This document shows, piece after piece, positions 33,135-44,096 of a DNA stretch of 64,000 nt. A model generated the notes under the pieces. That model worked only from the letters and a program-made list of their open reading frames with translations. It was not told where the DNA came from and did no database searches. A program made the position numbers and the translations under genes. This stretch comes from Mustelus asterias (Eukaryota), in assembly GCF_964213995.1 (NCBI RefSeq), contig NC_135808.1:43338001-43402000 (forward strand), written 5' to 3'. Each line of letters begins with the position of its first letter. Within the stretch, counting starts at the first letter, position 1.

Positions 33135-33810
33135 ATTGTACAGGGCAATGGTGAGACCACTTCTGGAGTATTGTGTTCAAATTGGTCTCCTTACTTAAGG
33201 AAAGTCGTAAATGCATTAGAAGCAGTTCAGAGAAGCTTTACTGACCAATACCAGAAATGGGCGGGTTGTCTGATGAGAAAAGGTTGGACAGGTTAGGCTT
33301 ATATACACTTGATTTTGGAAGAGTACTTCTAAAGAAGGCGACTTGATCAAAATCTTTAAGTTCCTGAGAGGTATTGATAGGGTGGATGTGGAGAGGATGT
33401 TTCCTCTTGTGGAGAATGTAGAACTAGGGGTCACTGTTTGAGAATAAGGGGTTGCCCATTGAAGACGAAGGGTCATGAGTCTCTGGAACTCTCTCCCTCA
33501 AAGGCAGTGGAAGCAGAGTCTCTGAATATTTTTAAGAAGTCTCACAACACCAGGTTAAAGTCCAACAGGTTTATTTGGTGTCACGAGCTTTCAGAACGCT
33601 GTTCCTTCATCAGGTGATCATCAATATTTTTAAGACAGAGCTAGATAGATTCTGGATTAATAAGAGGTGAAACATTATGGGGAGGGCGGGCGGGGGGGGG
33701 GGGGGGGGGGGGTAGACAGCAATGTGAGGTTGAGGCTAAAATCAGATCAGCCATGGGAGAGCAGGCTTGAGGGACCGAGTGGCCTATTCCTGCTCAGGAT
33801 TCATATGTTT
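33135..33810 (+). mobile_element. Old CR1 3' fragment
   Basis: GTGAGACCACTTCTGGAGTATTGTGTTCAA followed by 3' UTR remnants. Confidence 0.8.
33581..33617 (-). ncRNA. Minimal type-I hammerhead, intact core, inside an 86-bp insertion (33537-33622)
   Basis: TCAC CTGATGA A GGAAC AGC GTTCT GAAA GCT C GTGA; TSD AATATTTTTAAG. Confidence 0.85.
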
Positions 33811-34623
33811 ATGTTTGTGTGTGACACGGATACCAATGGAAGAGCTGAACATTTTCGAGATAATAGGCTGATGTGGGGGGAGGGGTGGGGGCAATGGTTC
33901 AAAGTAAAGTTCCAATCCACACTTGCCCATCCCCTCAACCATAAGGCATTGGGGGCAGGCTAAACTGAGGCATTGTAGGAAGGAAGTCCTATCCTCTGCA
34001 TCAGCCAGCCAATTCGATTGGCCAGCGTTAGCCGTCAGTGCTGGCAGTGCCAAGGACATCTTTATGGTCACTACTGGGATTGCAAGAAGATAATGGAGAA
34101 GCACCGTGCCCCCAACCACCTCCCCCTCCACCCCTTCCTCAGGCCTCCCCTGAAGAAGACATCAAGTCCGATGCCTTGGGATGGGAGGGTTTTAGCTGGT
34201 CAGCGAGGGAGGTAGAGGGGGGACGGGGGTGGGTTTAAGGCTGGGAAGGGGAAGCTAAGAAGAAAGGTGAGGTTTGATCTTCGGGGAATTGTCCCCAGAT
34301 TCACAGAGGGCACCCCCGAAGATCAAGCTCTTCCTTCCTTCCTGCTCTTGTAGATTACATTTAAGAAAGATCAGGCTGCCCTCTCCTGCCTGGCTTACCA
34401 CGCTAAATGTTTTATTTTTTAGGCAGTGTATCATCAGCGTATCGGGAACAACTGATCCTTGATTAGCTATTTGAATATAGTGGACACACTGTCCATTTAA
34501 ACATCAGTCCACCCCCGTATTGTGGATGGGAGGGGAGATTGGGGGTGGGTGAGAAGGTGCAGGATGGGCATCCACTCTATTTTTCATGCGCTCCCTCACT
34601 CCCCTGCTGGAAACACAGTCAGT

Positions 34624-34998
34624 GGGCGGCATGATGGCACAGTGGTTAGCACTGCTGCCTCACAGCGCCAGGGACCCTGGTTCAATTCCGGCCTCGGGTC
34701 ACTGTCTGTGTGGAGTTTGCACAGTAAGAAGTTTTACAACACCAGGTTAAAGTCCAACAGGTTTATTTGGCAGCAAAAGTCTGTGTGGAGTTTGCACATT
34801 CTCCCCGTGTCTGCATGCCTCCCATGGTCCAAAGATGTGCGAGTTAGGTGGATTGGCTATGCTAAATTGCCCCTTAGTTTCAGGGGGATTAGCAGGGTAA
34901 ATGCGTGAGGTTACGGGAGTAGAGCCTGGGTGAGATTGTGGCTGGTGTAGACTCCATGGGCCAAATGGCCTCTTTCTGCACTGTAGGGATTCTATGAT
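34624..34998 (+). mobile_element. HE1-type SINE carrying a 55-bp Penelope pLTR-end insertion (34724-34778, - strand)
   Basis: HE1 head, core and tail; 20-bp duplication GTCTGTGTGGAGTTTGCACA at 34704-34723 and 34779-34798. Confidence 0.9.
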
Positions 34999-35490
34999 TC
35001 AGTGGGAGAATACTGCCCAAAGTGTACACTGTGTGTCGGGATAATTGGAACAGAATAGAAAGACCAGAGAGATTGTCGATGATGTGTGATAAGATTCTTT
35101 GTGGATTGTGTGTGTGTGGAGTAATTTGCAAACAAGATATGTAAATTCTTTATGGAAAGGAGATGTTTGGGTCAATCCCTGAGTGCACTGTGGCTTCTCA
35201 TACTCATCTCATTGTGTGAATACAGATTGTGAACAGCTGCCAGTATAAACAGCAGAGAGAATAAACTCCTCCCTGTGGATCAGTGCAGATCCACACTCTG
35301 TTTCTCTTTAATTCTCTCTCGAGTTGTAATAACCTCCCGCCTGTCAATCAGTGCAGACCACACACCCCCAGGCACCTTCCCTTCCAGCATCAAGGGGTTT
35401 GTTTCTACAGACACTGATCTTCCCCCCTTGTCCCCCCACAGAGTTAAACCTCAGCAATACCTCTTTCTGCCCCTCCCCCAGGCTCAGGGA

Positions 35491-35524
35491 TTCCTGGAAA
35501 ATGACAACAATTCCGGGAAACTCC
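35491..35524. promoter_or_regulatory. Tandem STAT GAS sites with an overlapping kB-like site
   Basis: TTCCTGGAA-N11-TTCCGGGAA; GGGAAACTCC at 35515-35524. Confidence 0.55.
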
Positions 35525-35570
35525 CGCTCAGGGCGGGAGCAGTTGGGAACCTTTACCGTCCTGAGATAAA

Positions 35571-35635
35571 CCAATGAGAATTAAGAGCCGGTGTGAATCA
35601 TCTGTTGCCGGGCAGAGTCTGAGAATTCAGGTTGC
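35571..35635 (-). promoter_or_regulatory. Canonical MHC S-X1-X2-Y module
   Basis: Minus strand reads GCAACCT-N16-CCCGGCAACAGATG (X2 TGATTCA)-N20-CTCATTGG. Confidence 0.8.
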
Positions 35636-35959
35636 TTCCAGACAGCCCAGCAGAGGAACAGCCTCTGCCGCCCCCTGTGGAGAAAGGAGGATCTGCAGTG
35701 GCAGGAGAATGGAGAGACAGGGCAGGGCTAATAGTGGGATATGGAGAGAGGGAGAACCACCCCCCCTCCCTCACTCTTATTGTAAAGAGGCTTCAGGAGC
35801 AGGAATCATTGACAGGTAGAGAGAGCGGTTAATAAAGCACACGGGACTGTGGAATTTATAGAGACACTGAGTATAAAAAAGGAGGTTATGAGAAACTTCA
35901 ACAAACACTGGTTCCGACTCAGCTGGAGTATTGTGTCCACACCTTCCAACCACAGTATC

Positions 35960-36279
35960 CATAGAATCTCTACAATGCAGAAGGAGGCTATTCGGCCCAT
36001 CGAGTATGCACTGACCACAATCCCACCCAGGCCCTGTTCCCGTAACCCCACATACTCACTCTGCTAATCTCCTGACACTAGGGTCAATTTAGCCTGGCCA
36101 ATCAACCTAACCCGCATATCTTGAGACTGTGGGAGGAAACCGGAGCACACAGAGAAAACCCACGCAGACACGGGGAGAATGTGCAAACCCCACACAGACA
36201 GTGACCCGAGGCCGGAATTGAACCTGGATCCCTGGCGCAGTGAGGCAGCAGTGCTAACCACTGTGCCGCCGTGCCGCCC
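35960..36279 (-). mobile_element. HE1-type SINE, full-length
   Basis: Ends ...CACTGTGCCGCCGTGCCGCCC, the reverse complement of the HE1 head. Confidence 0.93.
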
Positions 36280-36994
36280 ACTGTAACTACTGAACACGGA
36301 GATTCGACAGCAAGTCCTGACATGTACAAATTACAGATTTACATCGGTATCTGGAACAGTCGGGGAACAGAGATATCTTGAATGCTGTGTGGATGGATCC
36401 TGTGAAAGAGAAGGGATCCTGTGATCTGAGACCGAATGTCCTGTAGTTACACAAAAATGTAGCCCAGGCTGATTCCAGCTGCAAATAACAGCACTAGGAT
36501 CTGTTTGGGAATGGATTTACACTGGGAGCTAATTCAGGAAGGCTCTTTTCACACAAAGTGTCACATTAAAGTCAACTTGCTGAACAGTCCCACGTCCTGG
36601 GTCTGCCCACACCAGGCTCTGCACTGCCTCACCCCGTCCCTAACCGATTCCTACTCTCCTCACACTCGCATCTCTGTTCACAACTGCCTCCATCTCTCTC
36701 CCACTCCTCTGCACCCTCTCCCCCTCACTCTAACTCTTCATTCCTGTGCGACCCCTCTCTCTCCTTCCCCATCGCTAACTCTGTTCCTGATTTCGCACGG
36801 CCTCTGCAGTCCAGGTTCAATTCACAACACTCTCTCCCTCTCCCCATAACCCACTCACAAATCCTCCCTCCCACTCCAACCCTCCCTCCCACTCAACACT
36901 GCTCACTACACCCTTGCCCTCCCCCTAATCCTCAATCCACAAAACCAGTGATGTAGGTGAGTCAGGAGTGTGCACTGGGGGCTAATTAGAGCCA

Positions 36995-37375
36995 GGGGTG
37001 TCGAAAGAGGGGTGTAAAAAGATGGGGGAACGGAACCAGAGGTGTCAGGAATTGGGGGAGCAGATCTGGGAGTGTAAGGAGTTGGGGGAGCAGATCTGGG
37101 GGTGTACGGAGTTGGGGGAGAAGAGCTGGCTGTGTCAAGAGTTGGGAGAACAGAGTTGGGGTGTCAGGAGTTGGGGGTACAGAGACAGGGGTGTCAGGAG
37201 TTGGGGGTACAGAGACAGGGGTGTCAGGAGTTGGGGGTGTCAGGAGTTGGGGGTACAGAGTTGGGGGTATCAGGAGTTGGGGGTATAAGTTGGGGGTGTC
37301 AGGAGTTGGGGGTATAAGTTGGGGATGTTAGGAGTTGGGGGAGCAGAGTGGGGGGGTGGGTAACAGAGCCGGGGA
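36995..37375. repeat. G-rich minisatellite (GGTGTCAGGAGTTGGGGG plus variable linker, ~30 bp)
   Basis: Directly visible tandem units. Confidence 0.85.
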
Positions 37376-37532
37376 TGTGTGTTTTTGGCTGTTACAATGC
37401 ATAATTTTATAAAGGATACTGTTACGATCCCAGCTGCGACAAGTCAGATCCCAGGGTAGAATCAGGCTTGATAGATCGCTACTTTTATCTTTTGTTCAGT
37501 TACAAGGAGTGCGGATACTGAACAGAGACATC

Positions 37533-37659
37533 GGTCGGAATTTTACCGGCGCGCCTGCCCCGATTCCGGGGGCGGGCAAGGCTCGGAGAACGGCGTTCTC
37601 CATTGGCCTCGGGCGGAATCGTATGAACCGCGGGCAGACGTGCCGGTAAAATTCCATCC
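37533..37659. mobile_element. MITE with ~24-bp terminal inverted repeats (possibly PIF/Harbinger-like)
   Basis: GGAATTTTACCGGCGCGCCTGCCC ... GGGCAGACGTGCCGGTAAAATTCC. Confidence 0.75.
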
Positions 37660-37755
37660 AAAGGGTGCAATATTCCCAGAACTGCGGAATGTTGGATCAG
37701 CTTCGCAGCTGCCTTTTCTCACCTGATTTAATGGCAGTCTGTGCGATTTCAGAAT

Positions 37756-40724
37756 GCTGGGGATCAAAATATTAGGTCTACAAGTGTCGAGGCTGGGGAC
37801 GAGCTTGGGGCTGGGACAAGGCTGGCAAAGAAGAAGAGCACTCTGGGGGAGGATGACCTCACTGGGCCTGGAGGTCTGGAGTGCTTATACTTCAATGCAA
37901 GGAGCGGAGCAGGTAAGACAGATGAACTTAGGGCCTTAATGCTTACGAGGAATTTGGATGTGGTTGCGGTGACAGAGACTTGGTTGAAAGAGGGACAGGA
38001 CTGGCAGCTAAATATTCCAAGTGTTTTAGGCGAGACAGAGGAGGGGCCAAAAGAGGTGGGGGAGTAGCAGTATTAGTTGGAGAGCATATTACAGCGGTGC
38101 AGAGGGAGGACAATTCAGAGGGGTCGTGTAACGAGTCACTCTGGGTGGAGCTTAGAAACAGGAAGTGCGCAGTCACTATGTTGGGGGTATACTACAGGCC
38201 CCCCAACAACCCAAGGGAAGTGGAAGAACGGATATGTCAGGAGATACTGGATAGGTGCAGGAAAAATAGGGTTGTTGTAGTGGGAGACTTCAATTTCCCT
38301 GGGAATTGCTGAGAGCTGGGACTCTGAATGGGGAGGAATTTGTAAAATGCGTACAGGAGGGTTCTTTGGAACAATATGTAGATAGCCCGACTAGAGAGGG
38401 GGCTATACTGGACCTAGTACTGAGGAATGAGCCCGGTCATGTCTTCAAAGTTTCGGTAGGGGAACATGTGGCAAATAGTGACCACAATTCTGTTAGCTTT
38501 AGGATAGTGATGGAAAAGGATGAGTGGTGTCCCAAGGGTAAGGTGTTGGATTTGGGGAAGGCTAACCTTAGTGGGATTAGGCAGAAATTGGCAGCTCTTG
38601 ATTGGGAGAGGCTGTTTGAGGGTAAATCCACATCTGGCATGTGGGAGTCTTTTAAGGAACAGTTGCTCGGGCTACAGGACAGGCATGTGCCTGTAAAAAA
38701 GGATAGGAAGGGTAGGATTTGAGAACCGTGGATAACCAGGGAAATTGAGGGACTGGTCAAAAAGAAAAGAGAGACGTATGTTAGGTCCAGGCAGCTAAAA
38801 ATGGAGGGAGCTCTGGAGGAGTACAAAGAAAGTAGGAAAGAACTCAAACGGGGAATTAGAAGGGCAAAAAGGGGTCAAGAAATGTTCTTGGCAGACAGGA
38901 TTAAGGAGAATCCCAAGGCATTTTATTCATATGTTAGGAACAAAATGGTTGTCAGGGAAAAAATCGGACCTCTCAGGGACAAAAGTGGGGAATTATGCTG
39001 AGAGCCCAAAGAAGTAGGGGAGATCCTAAATGAATACTTTGCGTCGGTATTCACAAAGGAGAGGGATGTGTTGACTGGGAGTGCCTCGGAGGGGAGTGTT
39101 GAACCATTGGAGAAAATCTCCATTACAAGGGAGGACGTGTTAGGTTTGTTAGAGAATTTAAAGACTGACAAATCCCCAGGGCCTGATGGAATCTATCTAA
39201 GGCTGCTCAGGGAGACGAGAGGTGAAATCGCTGGGCCTCTGACGCAAATCTTTGTCTCGTCACTGGACACAGGTGAGGTCCCAGAGGATTGGAGGATAGC
39301 TAATGTGGTCCCATTATTTAAGAAGGGTAGGAAGGATAACCCGGGTAATTATAGGCCGGTGAGCTTGACGTCCGTGGTGGGGAAGTTGTTGGAGAAGATT
39401 CTTAGAGATCGGATGTATGCGCATTTAGAAAGGAATAAACTCATTAACGATAGTCAGCATGGTTTTGTGAGAGGGGGGTCATGCCTCACTAACCTGGTGG
39501 AGTTTTTTGAAGAAGTGACCAAAATGGTTGACGAGGGAAGGGCAGTGGATGTCGTCTATATGGACTTTAGTAAAGCGTTTGACAAAGTCCCTCATGGTAG
39601 GCTGGTGCAAAACGTTGGATCTCATGGGATAAAGGGGGAGGTGGCTAGATGGGTGGAGAACTGGCTTGGGCACAGAAGACAAAGGATGGTAGTGGAGGGG
39701 TCTTTTTCCGGCAGGAGGCCTGTGACTAGTGGTGTTCCGCAGGGCTCTGTATTGGGACCTCTGCTGTTTGTGATTTATATAAACGATCTGGAAGAAGGTG
39801 TAACTGGGGTGATCAGTAAGTTTGCGGACGACACAAAATTGGCAGGACTTGCAGATAGTGAGGAGCATTGTCAGAAGCTACAGAAAGATATAGATAGGCT
39901 GGAAATTTGGGCAAAGAAATGGCAGATGGAGTTCAATCCTGATAAATGCGAAGTGATGCATTTTGGTGGAAATAATGTAGGGAGGAGCTATACGATAAAT
40001 GGCAGAACCATAAAGGGTGTAGATACACAGAAGGACCTGGGTGTGCAAGTCCACAGATCCTTGAAGGTGACGTCACAGGTGGAGAAGGTGGTGAAGAAGG
40101 CATATGGCATGCTTGCCTTTATAGGACGGGGCATAGAGTATAAAAGTTGGGGTCTGATGTTGCAGATGTATAGAACATTGGTTCGGCCGCATTTGGAATA
40201 CTGCGTCCAGTTCTGGTCGCCACACTACCAGAAGGACGTGGAGGCTTTGGAGAGAGTACAGAGGAGGTTTACCAGGATGTTGCCTGGTATGGAGGGGCTT
40301 AGTTACGAGGAGAGATTGGGTAAACTGGGGTTGTTCTCCCTGGAAAGACAGAGGATGAGGGGAGACTTAATAGAGGTGTATAAAATTATGAAAGGCATAG
40401 ATAGGGTGAACGGTGGGAAGCTTTTCCCCAGGTCGGTGGTGACGTGCATGAGGGGTCATAGGTTCAAGGTGAAGTGGGGGAGGTTTAACACAGATATCAG
40501 AAGGACATATTTTACACAGAGGGTGGTGGGGGCCTGGAATGCGCTGCCAGGCAAGGTGGTGGAGGCGGACACACTGGGAACATTTAAGACTTATCTAGAT
40601 AGCCACATGAACGGAGTGGGAATGGAGGGATACAAAAGAATGGTCTACTTTAGACCAGGGAGCGGCATGGGCTTGGAGGGCCGAAGGGCCTGTTCCTGTG
40701 CTGTATTGTTCTTTGTTCTTGTTC
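37756..40724 (+). mobile_element. CR1 with near-complete ORF2 (APE disrupted, RT region open)
   Basis: ECLYFNARS, VTETW, YRPP, GDFN, SDHN; RT ORF 39068-40783; (TTCTTTG) tail. Confidence 0.96.
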
Positions 40725-40751
40725 TGGCGAGGATCACACAGCCGGCCCTAA

Positions 40752-41110
40752 ATTATTATTCATTCATGGGACATGGGCGTTGATGGCTGGCCAGCATTTA
40801 TTGCCCATCCCTAGTTGCCTGAGGGCAGTTGATAGTCAACCACCTTGCTGTGGCTCTGGAATCACATGTCGGCCAGACCAGGTTAGGACAACAGATTTCT
40901 TTCCCTCAAGGACATTAGTCAACCAGATGGGATTTTCCGACAATTGACAACGCTTTCATGGTCATCAGTAGATTCTTAATTCCAGATATTTTTTATTGAA
41001 TTCAAATTCCACCATCTGCCATGGCGGGATTCGAACCCGGGTCCCCAGAATATTAGCTGAGTTTCCAGATTATTGGTCTAGCGATAATACCACTAGGCCA
41101 CCGCCTCCCC
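40752..41110 (-). mobile_element. tRNA-type SINE of the second family
   Basis: B box GGGTTCGAATCC on the - strand (41027-41039); LINE-like tail GGCCAGCATTTATTGCCCATCCC. Confidence 0.8.
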
Positions 41111-41603
41111 ATGAGATCAAGTCATCCCAATCTCAAACTTAGTATTTAACATTCTCATGCTCCTCCTCCTCCTTCCCCCACCCCCACTGGATAATGGAAC
41201 CCTGCCCATCCCACAGATAAGGGGAACACGCCCCCCAAATACAGAAGGGGACCCTCACCACACCACACAAAGCCCTCCCATGGATAAGGGGACCACACTC
41301 CCCCCAAAATGTCGAAGTAGAACATCCCCACAATCAAGGAGGGTAACAACCCCCCTCCCACCAGTACCTGCTGCAAGTACCCCCTGGGAGTGCCCCTTGC
41401 ATGTGTACCCTGGCACGGGGCTACAGGCACCTCAGTGTCCCCGGATTGGTGATCACAACTGGATTTCGCTTTTGAAAACCAGTAGTGATTCGCGCTAATG
41501 CGACACCAGGCTGACAGAGGAGGATGAAACATCGTGGGTGGATGTTACTGCCTCAAGACAAGTAATAATTGTTTGTTAATTTATTACAATGTATGGAAAT
41601 CAC

Positions 41604-41640
41604 TCACCTGATGAAGGAGCAGCGCTCTGAAAGCTTGTGA
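41604..41640 (+). ncRNA. Minimal type-I hammerhead, intact core, inside a 115-bp insertion (41605-41719)
   Basis: TCAC CTGATGA A GGAGC AGC GCTCT GAAA GCT T GTGA; TSD ATGGAAATCACT. Confidence 0.85.
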
Positions 41641-41788
41641 TTCCAAATAAACCTGTTGGACTTTAACCTGGTGTTGGGAGACTGTGTCCACCCCAGTCCA
41701 ATAATGGCATCTCAACATCATGGAAATCACTGGCAGGGGTTTGTTTCTGAGATCTTTTGGCACAAATCCTGTTTTTGGCCATTTAAGT

Positions 41789-42382
41789 ACATAAGAACAT
41801 AAGAAATAGGAGCAGGAGTAGGCCATCTAGCCCATCGAGCCTGCCCCGCCATTCAATAAGATCATGGCTGATCTGAAGTGGATCAGTTCCACTTACCCGC
41901 CTGATCCCTAGAACCCCTAATTCCCTTACCGATCAGGAATCCATCTATCCGTGATTTAAACATATTCAACAAGGTAGCCTCCACCACTTCAGTGGGCAGA
42001 GAATTCCAGAGATTCACCACCCTCTGGGAGAAGAAGTTCCTCCTCAACTCTGTCCTAAACTGACCCCCCTTTATTTTGAGTCTGTGCCCTCTAGTTCTAG
42101 TTTCCTTTCTAAGTGGAAAGAATCTCTCCACCTCTACCCTATCCAGCCCCTTCATTATCTTATAGGTCTCTATAAGATCCCCCCTCAGCCTTCTAAATTC
42201 CAATGAGTACAAACCCAATCTGCTCAGTCTCTCCTCATAATCAACACCCCTCATCTCTGGTATCAACCTGGTGAACCTTCTCTGCACTCCCTCCAAGGCC
42301 AATATATCCTTCCGCATATAAGGGGACCAATACTGCACACAGTATTCCAGCTGCGGCCTCACCAATGCCCTGTACAGATGCA
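41789..42382 (-). mobile_element. CR1 3' fragment
   Basis: RPQLEYCVQYWSP...FFSQRVVNLWNSLP; (TTCTTATG) tail. Confidence 0.93.
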
Positions 42383-42447
42383 AGATGAAATTTGCGAGAT
42401 TTAGCAGCCACAATGCGATTTGCACCATGTCTAGCACGGCAGCTAGG

Positions 42448-43335
42448 TCATAGAGTCACAGTCATAGAGGTTTACAGCATGGAAACTGGCCCTTTGGCCC
42501 AACCTGTCCATACCACCCCTTTTTTTAACACCTAAGCTCGTCCCAATTGCCCGTGTTTGGCCAATATCCCTTTATACCCATCTTACCCATGTAACTGTCT
42601 AAACGCTTTTTAAAAAACAAAATTGTCTCTACTACTACCTCCGGCAGCTTGTTCCAGACATTCACCTGTGTGTGGAAAGAATTGCCCCTCTGGACACTTT
42701 TGTATCTCTCCCCTCTCACCTTAAACCTATGCCCTCTAGTTTTAGACTCCCCTACCTTTGGGAAAAGATATTGACTATCTCGCTGATCTATTCTCCTCAT
42801 TATTTTATAAGATCTTCCCTAAGCCTCCTGCGCTCCAGAGAAAAAAGTCCCAGTCTATCCAGCCTCTCCACATAACTCAAACCATCAAGTCCCGGTAGCA
42901 TCCTAGTAAATCTTTTCTGCACTCTTTCTAGTTTAATAGTATCCTTTCTATAATAGGGTGACCAGAACTGTACACAGTATTCCAAGTGTAGCCTTACCAA
43001 TGTCTTGTACAACTTCAACAAGACGTCCCAACTCGGGTATTCAATGTTCTGACCAATGAAACCAAGCATGCTGAATGCCTTCTTCACCATCTGTCCATCT
43101 GTGACTCCATTTTCAAGGAGATATGAACATGTACCCCTAGATCTCTTTGTCCTATAACTCTCCCCAGTGCCTTACCGTTAACTGAATAAGTCCTGCCCTG
43201 GTTCGATCAACAAAAATGCATCACCTTGCATTTATCTAAATTAAACTCTATCAGCTCACTGGCGCAATTGATCAAGATCCCATTGCAATCCTAGATAACC
43301 TTCTTCAATGTCCATTATGCCACTGATCTGATGTA
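42448..43335 (-). mobile_element. CR1 3' fragment, decayed; a short related piece also lies at 43591-43690
   Basis: ORFs 42800-43090 and 42525-42800. Confidence 0.88.
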
Positions 43336-44096
43336 CCTTAAATAAAACAATAAACATTAGTGAAACAAGGAAAGATGAAACATAATACCAAACTCCTTCA
43401 CCCCAGCTATACCTTCATAGATATACACAGATTTCTTACTGGGCAACAGCTCAGTTTTTTATACTTTTGCTGGAATTTTCTGGCCATTCATGCTGGTGGG
43501 ATCTTCCAGTCCTGCTGATGGCATTCCCATGCCACAGGTTTCCCGACAGTGAAGGGTGCACTCAACAGGTGGAACGAGAAGATCTCGCCGTCCAGCCTCT
43601 CCATATAACTCAAACCATCAAGTCCCGGGAGCATCCTAGTAAATCTTTTCTGCACTCTTTCTAGTTTAATAATATCCTTTCTATAATAATAATATCCTTT
43701 CTTGGCCATCCGCCAAAGGTGACGCACGCGGTGAGTTATATGGAAAATACCCCCCCACCCCATCGTGTTTGCTTTAGTGTTGTAAAACCTCATCCAAGAT
43801 GCAGGCATCTTGTAAAGTTTCCTTAAACACAACTGCAGAAATATGAATTAAGCTTAAACGTAAAGCTATACCTTATTCCTAACATCTACAAATGCATATC
43901 TCAATTTCTAAACAATACTTCGAACCATTTCAAATCCCAGTGAGTACTGAAAACCACTTGGAAACACTTAAATGCAAACATATAAAAGCAATCAAAATTG
44001 TGACAAAGATAAGAAATTGTTAATTAATGGTTAAAAATTTCAGAATCCACCTAGCAGGACGCTACAAACCTTTTGGATCTGAAGGGACATCTCTTT

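Noticed and set aside
33692-33712. Poly-G run of about 21 nt
   Set aside because: Homopolymer within a decayed CR1 3' end; length is unreliable.
36447-36478. Possible minus-strand terminal exon (ttatttgcag|..GISLGYIFV*)
   Set aside because: Too short, with no partner exons or recognisable homology.
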